Position numbers and translations under genes: made by a program. This document shows, piece after piece, positions 39,201-49,133 of a DNA stretch of 64,000 bases. The stretch's first letter is position 1. Each line of letters begins with the position of its first letter. The stretch is from contig CAVPNO010000099.1 of the NCBI GenBank assembly GCA_963706455.1, forward strand, positions 98,967 through 162,966. Direction: 5' to 3'. The DNA comes from an uncultured Acidobacteriota bacterium. GTDB taxonomy: Bacteria > Acidobacteriota > Terriglobia > Terriglobales > Acidobacteriaceae. The notes under the pieces were generated by a model, which did no database searches, was not told the DNA's origin, and saw only the letters and a program-made list of their open reading frames with translations.

Positions 39201-40072
39201 TGTCGCAGGGCAACATCAGCCTCAATGGTCTAACCGCGGATGTAAAGTCGGTTCCAGCCGATGGGCAGGCGCGCACGTCGCGGGCACTTCCGTTTCCCGG
39301 TATCCGGGTGCAGGACTCGTTTCAGCGAAATGACTTCACTTACGGCGTTGCCATGTTTCAGCACGGGTACCTGGACCAGGCGGAGGAATCCTTCCGCCAA
39401 GTCATTACGGCCAAGCCTGACAACTCCGACGCCTATTACAACCTGGGCACACTCAACCTGCGCCGCAATAGGCTTGACGAAGCCCAGCGCTACCTGGAAC
39501 AGACCCTGAAACTACAGCCCGACTACCCGGAGGCCTGGAATAATCTCGGCTTGATGGCGGCTCAACAAGGACGGGCGGATGAAGCCATCCAGGATTTTCA
39601 GCAGGCTCTCGCGCAGCGGCCGAACTACGCCACGGCTCACTTGAACCTGGGCAATATCTATCGCCGGCAGAAGGCGTTCGACAAGGCAGAGCGGTCGTTG
39701 ATGCGCGCGCTTGCGCTGCAACCGGATGACCCGGAGGTGAACTATAGCCTGGGCATGCTCTTCGCCCAACAGAACGAGATGGGTCCTGCGTCAGACTACT
39801 TGCAGCGGGCTGTTGAACTGCGTCCGAACTATGCCGAGGCTCTGAATAACCTCGGGATCGTGTTTGTTCGCCAACAGGATTTAGCGAGAGCCGAGGAAGA
39901 GTTTAAATCGGGGATCCGCGCGGCTCCCAGTTTCGATCAGTCCTATCTCAATCTTGCGCGGCTTTATCTTATGCGCAGCGAGAACGAGAAAGCCCGGGGG
40001 ATCCTGGAGCAACTGCTCCGTCTCCAGCCCGACAACGCGGGCGCGAAGCAGGCAATGGAGAAACTTCAATGA
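36242..40072 (+). CDS. Multidomain protein: FG-GAP/CRTAC1 propeller, ASPIC-UnbV, redoxin-like domain, TPR
   Basis: SRRAILK Tat-like motif; repeated DxDxDGxxD; GTKSNRDAIGA..VRWPSG; APDFTLPDLAG..FWTTAAPRS; C-terminal TPRs. Confidence 0.88.
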   Translation: MSMQHTRKQNRSISRRAILKNTALAPLLLKAGPLCGTWFSGDPVEQGSALPFSDVRLSPHYPAPSPLADIIRLVTPGSDGYVTEKYAVEIEATLNRWGEELKVSPRNHAILASALAPSIQACSLAAVTESTIRSDYGVETLKRHFGGERNVGRDAFLESIKKWLVDFSRLDTAEFEIFGLSQSGASPLKVMAEIRYDVVGERARDQREERVGSWHTEWSRDESGAWSVCKWEAGEETICRAQGPVFIDVTPQALAGVESYRSQLQHGADYWRTVLDGAIGVDVYGNNGVSAGDTNNDGFDDLYICQPAGLPNRLYRNRGDGTFEDVTEKAGVGVLDNTACALFADFHNRGRQDLLVVCGTGPLLFVNQGDGTFSLKKDAFQFARPPKGSFTHAAIADYDRDGRLDVYFCVYMYYLGLDQYHYPIPYYDARNGPPNCLFHNQGDGTFVETTVQSGLDVDNDRYSFACAWGESNANGLPDLFVANDFGSSQLYRNRGDGTFSVVSKEAQVESVGAGMGCCWSDYDNDGRQDIYVPSMWEAAGQRVSGQKQFHEKAPESIRELYQRHARGNALYRNVGDGTFQNVGREAGVEMGRWSWCSDFWDFDHDGYTDLYVANGYLSGPEEGELAGFFWRQVVAKSPEDATASLAYERGWNAINELVRSDHTWHGYARNVMFVNNRDGTFTEASGALAMDFIEDSRSFALADLDHDGRLEVILKNRNAPQVRILHNAMRDIGQSISFRLRGTKSNRDAIGAAITVEAGALRQTRYLQAGSGFLAQHSKELFFGVGKHVSDIRATVRWPSGLTQAFDQLPAGHRVEIEEDAATFTAKPFATDLAVPRQIPPPAGSDSLPEDVDTWLIEPLKAPDFTLPDLAGKQWSLASLRGGLAMVVFWTTAAPRSLDLLTSLQRYSVNSTAPQLHILAINVDESGAAQEARAYASGHGFGFPVLFATPEVAGIYNILYRHLFDRRRDLPIPISFLLDRDGMIIKVSQGNISLNGLTADVKSVPADGQARTSRALPFPGIRVQDSFQRNDFTYGVAMFQHGYLDQAEESFRQVITAKPDNSDAYYNLGTLNLRRNRLDEAQRYLEQTLKLQPDYPEAWNNLGLMAAQQGRADEAIQDFQQALAQRPNYATAHLNLGNIYRRQKAFDKAERSLMRALALQPDDPEVNYSLGMLFAQQNEMGPASDYLQRAVELRPNYAEALNNLGIVFVRQQDLARAEEEFKSGIRAAPSFDQSYLNLARLYLMRSENEKARGILEQLLRLQPDNAGAKQAMEKLQ

Positions 40073-42621
40073 CCGCTTTCACGGGCAAGGTTCGGAGCGC
40101 AGGTCGTGCCCGTCGCATGGGCGAAGGGAACTTCATGCGCGCCTCGGCTGGAAGTCTCGGCGCTCTCCTGCTGTGTTTGCTGATGAGCGTGTTATCTGCC
40201 AGGGCACAACAACGGCCTGCACCGTCCGCCTCGGGTCTTCAGGAAATCGAATCGATGATCCAGCAGCACCACTTCGCTGAAGCCAAGACCGCGCTGATGG
40301 AGGAATTGAAAAGGCATCCATCCAGCGTGGAGGGATACAATCTGCTGGCCATCATTCAGACGAATCAGCGGGATTTCGCGGGGGCCATCAAATCGCTGCA
40401 GAAGGCCCTGCGGATTGATCCCCGTTCTGCCAAAACGCACAACAATCTCGGCAACGTATACCTTGCCGCGCAGCAACCGCCAATGGCCGAGAAGGAGTTT
40501 CGCGAAGTTCTTCGTCTCGATCCGGCAAACTCCGAGGCCAATTACAACGTCGGTGTGCTGCTCATGATGAAGAACTCACCGGCGAGCGCCATTCTGCACT
40601 TCGAGCGTGTTCGCCCGATGACGACAGCAGCCCAATTCAACCTGGTGCGTGCTTACTTTCAAACCAAGCGCTCGGCGGACGCCATGCGCGTGGCGAGCGA
40701 GTTATCGGAACAGTCAAAGAGCGACGTGCAGGTCCACTTTTCGCTGGGAGTCCTGCTGGCGTCGGAAAAGCAGTACAAACCCGCGCTGCTGGAACTGGAA
40801 AGGGCGGATGCGCTTCAGCCGGAGACTTATGAGATTCTGTTTAACCTCGGACAGGTACTGATTCGAACCGCCGATTACGGCAAGGCGGAGGTGATCTTAA
40901 GCCGCTCGCTGAAGGTCAAGCCCGAGTCGCCAGAGGCTATGTATTTGCTGGCTCAGGCATATAACAATCAAGCACGCCCGCTGGACGCTTTGGACTTACT
41001 CGTCCGCGCGCACAAGTTAGCCCCGAATAATATCGATGTTATCTTCCTCATGGCCCAGGTCAGCATGTCGCAGAATTATTACGAGGATGCGATACCTTTG
41101 CTCGAATCCGGGCTACAGATAGCTCCCCGGCGCGCCGATCTTCTCGCCACCTTGGGCGAAAGCTATTTCATGGCCGGCAAGGTGGAAAAAGCGATCGATG
41201 CATTCAAGAAACTCCTCGAGGTAGACCATTCGGCGAGATCGTATGCGTTTCTCGGGCTTTCCTATCGGAACCTGGGGCGGTTCGACGAAGCGAAGCAGTA
41301 CTTTCAGCAAGGACTCAAGCTCGACCCGCGCAACGCGACCTGCCTTTTCAATCTTGGATTTATTGCGGAGCGCCAGGGCGAAGCCGACGCAGCCGAGAAC
41401 CTGTTTCAGCAAACCCTGAAGTCCAATCCCGATTTTCCCGATGCGCTGGTCGAACTGGCTAACATCCGGCTGGCTGCCAGGAAGTTCACCGAAGCTGAAG
41501 ATTTATTGCGGCGTTACGTAAAGGCAAGCCGGGAGCCGGCGACGGGCTATTACAAACTGGCAATGGCGGAACGAAGTCTCCATCAGACTGAGGCTGCGGA
41601 TCGCGACCTGGGGGTATTCAGAACCCTGTCGAAGAACGCTTCCGTGGGACCGCTACCCTACCAACATCTGTTCGATTACCTGGACAACCGCTCCACTCTG
41701 GCTCCGGGGGCGCGCCAGCAGCTGGATGTCGAGTCGATTCTGAACCAGCTCAAAACGCATCCCGAACAACCCCAGGATCTTTACTTACTGGCTGAAGCTT
41801 ACCTTAAGTCCGGCAAGGCCGAAGATGCCAGAAATACCATCGTGCAGCTCGACAAACTTAGCGCTTCCGACTATCGCACTCTTGCCGGTATCGGTGTGTT
41901 ACTTGCACGTTATCACCTGTACGACGATGCGATCCAGCACTTCCAGGATGCATTGAAGGTTAACCCTGATTCTGATGAAATCAAGTTTGACCTGGCGAAT
42001 GCGTATTTTCGCGAGCACCAATATTCGCAGGCATTAGCGATGGCCGATCAAGTATCCGAAAACGGGCGGAAGGACGACGCATTCCTTAACCTCCTGGGGG
42101 ATATCTACGCTCAGACAGGCGATATATCTCGTGCCGCGCAAATTTTCCGCGATGCGATCGTTCGCAATCCGGACAACGATCAGAACTACCTGTCGCTCGC
42201 TTTGATCGATTTGCGAGCGCAAGATATCAAGGGGGCCCAGCAAGCGCTGACGCAGGGCCAGTCTCGCATTCCTGCTTCGGGAAAGCTCTACTGGGGTCTC
42301 GGGCTCACCTCTGCCATGCGCGGGGATACCGAGGAGGCTTCCCGGCAACTTGAGAGAGCAATCGATCTCCTTCCCGAATGGGGTGGCGGGTATTCCACTC
42401 TCGGTGTGTTTTATTTTGAGATAGGCAAGGTCGACAAGGCCCGCGAAGTACTGAACCGTTTCCGTGAGAGCAGCGCATCGAGCAGCCTGGATATTGATCG
42501 TATCGAGCAGGTTCTGGACCAGGCGCCCGCGCGTGCAGGCAGCGGCGGCGAATCGATGACGGCGGCTAACAAGGAGCAACTCCTTCAACTGGCGCTGTCG
42601 CTGGCGGATCGCACGCTATGA
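40069..42621 (+). CDS. Exported TPR protein
   Basis: 850 aa, almost entirely TPRs, with a signal peptide; ATGA overlaps at both ends. Confidence 0.9.
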   Translation: MTAFTGKVRSAGRARRMGEGNFMRASAGSLGALLLCLLMSVLSARAQQRPAPSASGLQEIESMIQQHHFAEAKTALMEELKRHPSSVEGYNLLAIIQTNQRDFAGAIKSLQKALRIDPRSAKTHNNLGNVYLAAQQPPMAEKEFREVLRLDPANSEANYNVGVLLMMKNSPASAILHFERVRPMTTAAQFNLVRAYFQTKRSADAMRVASELSEQSKSDVQVHFSLGVLLASEKQYKPALLELERADALQPETYEILFNLGQVLIRTADYGKAEVILSRSLKVKPESPEAMYLLAQAYNNQARPLDALDLLVRAHKLAPNNIDVIFLMAQVSMSQNYYEDAIPLLESGLQIAPRRADLLATLGESYFMAGKVEKAIDAFKKLLEVDHSARSYAFLGLSYRNLGRFDEAKQYFQQGLKLDPRNATCLFNLGFIAERQGEADAAENLFQQTLKSNPDFPDALVELANIRLAARKFTEAEDLLRRYVKASREPATGYYKLAMAERSLHQTEAADRDLGVFRTLSKNASVGPLPYQHLFDYLDNRSTLAPGARQQLDVESILNQLKTHPEQPQDLYLLAEAYLKSGKAEDARNTIVQLDKLSASDYRTLAGIGVLLARYHLYDDAIQHFQDALKVNPDSDEIKFDLANAYFREHQYSQALAMADQVSENGRKDDAFLNLLGDIYAQTGDISRAAQIFRDAIVRNPDNDQNYLSLALIDLRAQDIKGAQQALTQGQSRIPASGKLYWGLGLTSAMRGDTEEASRQLERAIDLLPEWGGGYSTLGVFYFEIGKVDKAREVLNRFRESSASSSLDIDRIEQVLDQAPARAGSGGESMTAANKEQLLQLALSLADRTL

Positions 42622-44363
42622 GCGCGCGCGTTGTCGCTGCCGCCATGGCTCTCCTGCTGGTGGCGCCGGTGGCATTACGGTGGAAACAGGCTCGCGGACA
42701 ACAGGCCGCAAAACCCGGCGGCCCTTCGACGGTCCCCAGCGGACACTTCACTGATATTCGCAGCTCCGCCGGCATCACGTTTGTTCAGGACTCGACGCAG
42801 ACCGACGAGAAATACTACCTGGAAACCATGGGTACTGGAGTGGCGTGGATCGATTACGACCAGGACGGCCTGATGGATTTGTATTTCGTTCAATCCGGCG
42901 CCACTGACGCATACAAGCCAGCACATCCGTTGCGTTCCGCGCTCTATCACAATAACGGCGACGGAACGTTCACCGATGTCACCGACAAGGCTGGCGTCGG
43001 CGGCGAAGGGCACTATGGCCAGGGCGTGGCCGTGGGTGATTTCAACAACGATGGCTACCCGGACTTGTATGTTACCGGTTACGGGCGCGCCATCCTTTAT
43101 CGCAACAATGGTGACGGAACCTTCACCGATGTCACGGCAAAGGCCGGGGTTGCTGATGAGGGCGCCTGGTCCACGAGCGCGGGGTGGTTCGACTTCGACA
43201 AGGATGGCTGGCTTGACCTGGTAGTAACCGATTATATCGAATGGTCGCCAAAGAACAACTTATATTGCGGCGAACGAACGCCGGGTTACAGGTCCTATTG
43301 CAATCCAAATAACTACCATGGCCAGAAGACAAAGCTTTACCGGAATAATCATGATGGGACCTTTACGGATGTCAGCGATAAGTCAGGGATTGGAACCCCG
43401 GAATCCAAGGGAATGAGCATGGTGCTGGCCGACTTCAATGGGGATGGCTGGCCCGATATCGCGATCGCGAATGACACCTGGCCTAATTTCTTTTTTGTAA
43501 ACAATCATGACGGCACATTTGCAGATAATTCCCTGATTTCCGGGTTGGCCGCCAGCGAAGACGGAAAATACGAGGCGGGAATGGGGATCGACGCCGCCGA
43601 CGTGGATGGCGATGGACTACTAGACGTGTATATCACGCATCTCGATTTCGAATTGAACCGGCTGTATCACAATAATGGAGACGGCACGTTCAACGACATC
43701 ACTTACAGTTCCGGCATTGGCAACAAGGCCATGCTGCTCAGCGGGGTGTCGGCCAAATTTATCGATTACGACAACGACGGCTGGCCGGATATCGTACAAG
43801 CCAACGGCGCCATGCTTGATAACGTCTCGCTGTACCACAGCCTCGTAACCTATAAGGAACCGATGTTAATGTTTCACAATCTCGGACACGGCAAATTCGA
43901 CAAGGTTTCCGTCACGCTTGGGCCCGACTTTAATCGGCCGGTGGCAGGGCGGGGCCTGGCGACGGCCGACTTTTTCAATGACGGCCGCGTGGGGATCGCG
44001 GTCAATTGCCGGGGCGATTCTCCGAAACTGCTGCGCAATGATTCGACCAACGGAAATCATTGGATCGAGGTGCTTCTTATCGGCACGAAGTCCAACCGCG
44101 ACGGCATTGGATCGCGGCTCAAGCTGACGTCGGAAGGAGTGGTGCAGATGGACCAGGCAAAGGGAGGCACCAGCTACATGTCGGCCAGCGATCCGCGCAT
44201 TCACTTCGGGCTCGGCAAGCGCTCAAAGATCGATTCGCTGGTGATCACGTGGCCCAGCGGCCAGGTAGACAAATGGACCAGCGTCCCGGTGGATTCGATC
44301 ATTGCCGTGAAGGAGGGTGCCGGCATCGTTCCTCATCCCTTCCCAAAGGTGCGCGGGAAATGA
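42618..44363 (+). CDS. CRTAC1 family (FG-GAP plus ASPIC/UnbV) protein
   Basis: ETMGTGVAWIDYDQDG, repeated NNGDGTFTDVT, SNRDGIG, HFGLG, WPSG. Confidence 0.92.
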   Translation: MSARVVAAAMALLLVAPVALRWKQARGQQAAKPGGPSTVPSGHFTDIRSSAGITFVQDSTQTDEKYYLETMGTGVAWIDYDQDGLMDLYFVQSGATDAYKPAHPLRSALYHNNGDGTFTDVTDKAGVGGEGHYGQGVAVGDFNNDGYPDLYVTGYGRAILYRNNGDGTFTDVTAKAGVADEGAWSTSAGWFDFDKDGWLDLVVTDYIEWSPKNNLYCGERTPGYRSYCNPNNYHGQKTKLYRNNHDGTFTDVSDKSGIGTPESKGMSMVLADFNGDGWPDIAIANDTWPNFFFVNNHDGTFADNSLISGLAASEDGKYEAGMGIDAADVDGDGLLDVYITHLDFELNRLYHNNGDGTFNDITYSSGIGNKAMLLSGVSAKFIDYDNDGWPDIVQANGAMLDNVSLYHSLVTYKEPMLMFHNLGHGKFDKVSVTLGPDFNRPVAGRGLATADFFNDGRVGIAVNCRGDSPKLLRNDSTNGNHWIEVLLIGTKSNRDGIGSRLKLTSEGVVQMDQAKGGTSYMSASDPRIHFGLGKRSKIDSLVITWPSGQVDKWTSVPVDSIIAVKEGAGIVPHPFPKVRGK

Positions 44364-44421
44364 ATTCCAATGCGGGAGTGTCACCGGAGTTGAACGTCAC
44401 TTTCTATAATCGAGCAAGCAT

Positions 44422-46203
44422 ATGATCATCGCACGGCGACGCTTTCTCGGATCTTCGCTCTTTGTGCTCGGCAGTTCTCTGCTCGATGCTCTGACGACCC
44501 CGCTGTGGAAGCTGGGTACTCGGTTTCAAGTGAATGCCGCCACCACTACTCCGCCCTCGTCGCCGGTCCAGTTTATCGACGTGGCGGAAAAGGCGGGGCT
44601 GACAGTTCCCAATGTGTGGGGAGGCGTCGATAAGAAGCGGGTCATCATCGAGACGAAGGGCAGTGGCGTGGCATTCTTCGACTATGACAATGACGGATGG
44701 CTGGATATCTACCTGACCAACGGCAGCCGCCTGGATGCGCAATGGCCAGCCGGTAAGGCGCCGACTACGCACTTATATAGGAACAATCGCGACGGCACCT
44801 TTACCGATGTCACGGAGAAGTCCGGATTGGGGCGCACGGGGTGGCAGACCGGTGTATGCGTTGGCGACTACGATAACGATGGATGGGATGACTTATTCTG
44901 CACATTCTGGGGTCATAACATTCTGTTCCATAACAACGGGAATGGCAGCTTTACCGATGTTACGGCCAAAGTCGGCCTGACGGAGGCGCATGGGCGTTGG
45001 GGCACGGGCTGCAGCTTTCTCGATTATGACCGTGACGGCCATCTCGACCTTTTCATTTGCCACTTTGTCAAGCTCGACCCGGACAAGCCGCCTTCGGTCG
45101 ATAACGCAAGCTTCTGTCAGTGGAAGGGCGTGCCTACGATGTGCGGTCCGCGCGGCCTGCCCGGGGACACGAACCTTCTTTACCACAACAATGGCGACGG
45201 CACATTCACCGACGTATCGGAGAAAGCGGGCATTCTCAAGCCGGGGCCGCGCTATTCGATTACTTCAGTCTCGTACGACTTCGATAATGACGGCTGGCCG
45301 GACATCTATGTTGCCGTGGACTCAGAACCCAGCATCTTCTTGAAGAACAATCACGACGGCACGTTCACCGATATTGCGGTAATGGCCGGGTGCGCGTACA
45401 ACGATGACGGACACGAGCAGGCGGGCATGGGACTGGGAGTGGCCGATTATGATTGCGACGGATGGTTCGATATCTTCAAGACCAACTTCGCCGACGACAC
45501 CAGCAATCTCTATCACAACAATGGCGACGGCACATTTACCGATCTATCCTTCAATTCCGGCGTGGGCATCAACAATAAGTATGTGGCATGGGGTTGCGGC
45601 TTCATTGACTATGACAACGATGGATGGGCCGACATTATCCAGATAAACGGGCACGTATATCCGGAGATCGATAAGTATAACTTCGGAGAGACGTTCAAGA
45701 ACCCGCGGCTTGTGTATAAGAACCTGGGCAACGGCCGCTTCAAGGATGTTTCCGCGGAGATGGGCTCCGGAATTACGGAACGCTATTCCAGCCGGGGAGC
45801 CGCAATTGGCGACTACGACAACGACGGTGGAATGGACGTGCTGATTCTGAACATGAACGATCTCCCATCGCTGCTTCACAACGTTGGCGGCAACAAGCAG
45901 AACTGGATCAAGCTGAAGCTGATCGGAACCAAGTGCAATCGGACGGCGATTGGGGCGCGCGCCCGGGTGATCACGGGCAAGCATATTCAAATGGACGAGG
46001 TGCACAGCGGCACCAGCGTGATGTCTCAAAGCGACCTGCGGCTGCATTTTGGTGTGGGGAATGCAGCGGCGATTGATGCCATCGAGGTCAAGTGGCCGAC
46101 CACACAGAAGGTAGAACGGTTCACGCAGATCAGGGTGAACCAGATTTTGACCATTCGGGAAGGCGAAGGAATCGTAGCCGCGGCCAAGCCGAAATCGGCG
46201 TGA
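44422..46203 (+). CDS. CRTAC1 family (FG-GAP plus ASPIC/UnbV) protein with Tat signal
   Basis: ARRRFLG; GSGVAFFDYDNDG, CGPRGLPG, SQSDLRLHFG. Confidence 0.92.
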   Translation: MIIARRRFLGSSLFVLGSSLLDALTTPLWKLGTRFQVNAATTTPPSSPVQFIDVAEKAGLTVPNVWGGVDKKRVIIETKGSGVAFFDYDNDGWLDIYLTNGSRLDAQWPAGKAPTTHLYRNNRDGTFTDVTEKSGLGRTGWQTGVCVGDYDNDGWDDLFCTFWGHNILFHNNGNGSFTDVTAKVGLTEAHGRWGTGCSFLDYDRDGHLDLFICHFVKLDPDKPPSVDNASFCQWKGVPTMCGPRGLPGDTNLLYHNNGDGTFTDVSEKAGILKPGPRYSITSVSYDFDNDGWPDIYVAVDSEPSIFLKNNHDGTFTDIAVMAGCAYNDDGHEQAGMGLGVADYDCDGWFDIFKTNFADDTSNLYHNNGDGTFTDLSFNSGVGINNKYVAWGCGFIDYDNDGWADIIQINGHVYPEIDKYNFGETFKNPRLVYKNLGNGRFKDVSAEMGSGITERYSSRGAAIGDYDNDGGMDVLILNMNDLPSLLHNVGGNKQNWIKLKLIGTKCNRTAIGARARVITGKHIQMDEVHSGTSVMSQSDLRLHFGVGNAAAIDAIEVKWPTTQKVERFTQIRVNQILTIREGEGIVAAAKPKSA

Positions 46204-46324
46204 GTGATGCGGGCAGATCGAAACGAGCACTTATCGATTGCAAACCAGCAAGTCAGCATCTCGATGCGACGTGCCAAGTCAGCAAGTCAGCCCGAAGATC
46301 AGGTTGACAAGCGGCGCAACGTCT

Positions 46325-48106
46325 TCATTGCGTCGTCGGGACAGGCTGTTTTCCATCGACTACGACAACAAATTGTTTTACTTCGCGACGCTGTTTCTCG
46401 ACTTCGGCCGCCTGCTGTTTCTCGATTTCGTCGTGCAAGCGGAACTGTTCGGCGGCCTTACCCTTGTCGCCCACACGATCGTAGGCTACACCCAGGCGGT
46501 AGTGCGCTTCGCTCAATTGCGGATTGGCCTGGATGGCGCGGGTATAGAACTCGATGGCCTTGGGATAGTCGCGACGTGTCGCCTGCAGTACGCCAAGCTG
46601 GAGATAGGCCTCGCTACACTTGGGATCGCTTGAAACGGCATGGATCAGGAGATTCTCGACCCGCGCAAGTGTTGCCTTGTCGGCCGATTGTCCCGGTTGC
46701 TTCCAGAGCGTCATGGCATAGAAATAATTTGCCAGCGGATCGTCGGGCAGGAGGGCCACGAATCTTGCCAGTTTCGGTTCCACGCAAGGCAGTGGGTTCG
46801 GCGATGAAACCTCGAGTTTGCCGAGGAAGGTGTAGGGCTCTGGATCGGCGGGGTTCAGATCGGAAGCTTCGCAGAGCCGCTGCGCAGCCTCATCGTAGAG
46901 CGCGCCCGCGAAGAGGGCCGCGCCGAGCGCCGTCAACATGCTTTCTGAGTTCGGCCAGGCTTTGACCCCGGCGGAGAATACATCCTTTGCCTGCCAGACG
47001 GCGCGATGCAAAAGGAGTTCGGAGCCCCATTCAAAGTAATTCCGTTCACTGGGATCCAGTCGCGCGGCCCGCTCGAATTCGTGAACGGCGCTCAGCGGAT
47101 CGCCAGCCTTTTCGTCGAGTTCGCCTGCAAGGCGGTGACCCTCGGAGCTGTCGCGGTGCAAAAGCAGTTGGCGCACATGGTCCCGTGCCTGCGCAATGTC
47201 ACCGTGGCCTTTGAGGGCCAGAGCTAATTGGTATTCATTCTCGAAATTGCGGGGATCGATTTTGCGGGCGGCCTCGAGGGGAGGAAGCGCATCGCCGTAT
47301 TTCTCCGACTGGAGATAGAAGGCCCCTAACTGGTGATTGGCGTCAAAGTTCCCCGGAGCCCTGGCGAGCGCGGCCCGCAGCGCCGTCTCGGTGTGTTTCC
47401 ATTCGTTCGTCGATGAATCCAGGTGCCCTGCGGCCGGCGCCGGAGTCAAGTGGAGGGCCTCGCGATTGAGAGCCTCGCTGGTGCGCAGCACGGCATCCGA
47501 GCCATGGCCGCCCGCAGCCGTCCAGTCGGTCACGGCAGCAATCGTGAAATTTGGTTGGTCGGCAAACTCCATGGCTGAGTCAGGCGAGGAAAAGACGGTT
47601 GTGCCCGGTGATGAGGAGTTGGGTTCACCGAGGACGAGGTCGGCATGCTGGGATTCCGGTTGGCCGGGGTGGACCGTCGCGGAAGCGCTGCGCCGGCCGG
47701 CACTTTCTGCGGTCAGCCTGTACTCGCCTGGATTCAGAGACGAGAAAACAAAGGAGCCGTCGGGGTTCGATGTGGTTTCTGCGGCGGATGTACCAGACTT
47801 TTCGACGCGCACCGATGCTCCGCTTATCGGGTTGCCCGCGGCATCACGGACGGTGCCTTGAATGGATGCGGCTTGCTGCGTGTGCGCCGCCGATATGCAG
47901 ATGAGCACGGTCAACAATGTTTTCGTGATCGTCCGGCATGTCCGCGTAGCCTGCCGTGGATCGTGACGCGATTCCTCCAACCTGAACCATAGCGAGGTCA
48001 AAGATGTCACAAACAATCGTCCTTCTCGGTATCGCGCCCGTGATGCTTCACTCCGCGACTTCCACATTGTACGACCGGACCTAGCAGACCAGGACGGGAT
48101 GCCCAT
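46325..48106 (-). CDS. Carboxypeptidase-regulatory-like domain plus TPR protein
   Basis: IQGTVRDAAGNPISGASV..DGSFVFSSLNPGEY then TPRs; C-terminal half resembles the 30200 protein. True start is probably downstream of 48106. Confidence 0.85.
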   Translation of the reverse strand: MGIPSWSARSGRTMWKSRSEASRARYREGRLFVTSLTSLWFRLEESRHDPRQATRTCRTITKTLLTVLICISAAHTQQAASIQGTVRDAAGNPISGASVRVEKSGTSAAETTSNPDGSFVFSSLNPGEYRLTAESAGRRSASATVHPGQPESQHADLVLGEPNSSSPGTTVFSSPDSAMEFADQPNFTIAAVTDWTAAGGHGSDAVLRTSEALNREALHLTPAPAAGHLDSSTNEWKHTETALRAALARAPGNFDANHQLGAFYLQSEKYGDALPPLEAARKIDPRNFENEYQLALALKGHGDIAQARDHVRQLLLHRDSSEGHRLAGELDEKAGDPLSAVHEFERAARLDPSERNYFEWGSELLLHRAVWQAKDVFSAGVKAWPNSESMLTALGAALFAGALYDEAAQRLCEASDLNPADPEPYTFLGKLEVSSPNPLPCVEPKLARFVALLPDDPLANYFYAMTLWKQPGQSADKATLARVENLLIHAVSSDPKCSEAYLQLGVLQATRRDYPKAIEFYTRAIQANPQLSEAHYRLGVAYDRVGDKGKAAEQFRLHDEIEKQQAAEVEKQRREVKQFVVVVDGKQPVPTTQ

Positions 48107-48117
48107 GTTGTCTCAAT

Positions 48118-48996
48118 TCAGCCTGCGGCAAGGGCGTCGAGTTCGGCCCATTCTTCGGGCTCAATTGTCAGGCAGGCGGCGCCGATGTTCTCTTCAAGAT
48201 GGGCGACATTCGACGTGCCCGGGATGGGCAGCACCACGGGCGAGCGTTGCAGCAGCCATGCCAGCGAAACCTGCGCCGGGGTAGCGGAGTAGCTTGCGGC
48301 GATCCGGGCGAGCCGCTGCGCGAACGGCTGGTCGGGCCTGAGCATCTTGCCAGCGTTGATGGGGTACCAGGGAAGAAAGGCGAGTTTGCGCGCTTCGCAC
48401 CAGGCGAGGGTCTGCTCGTGGCGGCGGTCGGCGAGGGAGTACCGGTTCTGGATGCTGACGATGGGGACGATCTTTTGTGCCGCCTCGATTTCGATAGGGG
48501 TTACTTCACTGAGGCCGACGTGGCGGATCTTGCCCTGCTCCTGCATGCGGAGGAGCGCGCCAAGACTTTCCTCCAAGGGCGTACGCGGATCAATACGATG
48601 TAGTTGATAAAGCTCGATGCATTCCAGGCGGAGGCGGCGAAGGCTCATCTCGACACATTGAATCAGGTAGCCGGCGCGGCCGACATATTCTGTCCGGGCA
48701 GGCCCCTGGCGGGTGATGCCGCCCTTGGTGGCGATGACCAGGCCGGGAGGATAGGGATAGAGCGCCTCGGCGATCAGGCGTTCGGCGATCTCCGGACCGT
48801 ATGCATCGGCGGTGTCGACGAGGTTCACGCCGAGCCCGACGGCACGACGCAGAACGCGGCGGCACTGTTCCGCATCACGGGGTTCGCCCCAGGCGCCTTC
48901 GCCCACCAGGCGCATGGTACCGTAACCGAGGCGGTGGACGGGAAGGTCTCCGCCGATGCGAAATGTCCCGCCCGCGGCGGCGGAGGTTGCAGTCAT
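48118..48996 (-). CDS. Aldo/keto reductase
   Basis: RLGYGTMRL, DTADAYG, ATKGG, LYQLHRID, GKIRHVGLSEV, PIPGTS. Confidence 0.92.
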   Translation of the reverse strand: MTATSAAAGGTFRIGGDLPVHRLGYGTMRLVGEGAWGEPRDAEQCRRVLRRAVGLGVNLVDTADAYGPEIAERLIAEALYPYPPGLVIATKGGITRQGPARTEYVGRAGYLIQCVEMSLRRLRLECIELYQLHRIDPRTPLEESLGALLRMQEQGKIRHVGLSEVTPIEIEAAQKIVPIVSIQNRYSLADRRHEQTLAWCEARKLAFLPWYPINAGKMLRPDQPFAQRLARIAASYSATPAQVSLAWLLQRSPVVLPIPGTSNVAHLEENIGAACLTIEPEEWAELDALAAG

Positions 48997-49018
48997 CTCA
49001 AATGAGATGCTAATGGAA

Positions 49019-49052
49019 CAGTTCGTAGTTCGCAGTTCCAGTTGTCGGTTTT
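49019..49052. repeat. Short tandem heptamer repeat
   Basis: CAGTTCG TAGTTCG CAGTTC CAGTTGT CGGTTTT. Confidence 0.45.
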
Positions 49053-49133
49053 CAATCGCGAACCCATGGATCAAAAGGAACTGCGGGAACTTCCGGGACG
49101 TATTACTAATAATAGAAACAGGAGATACCAGCG

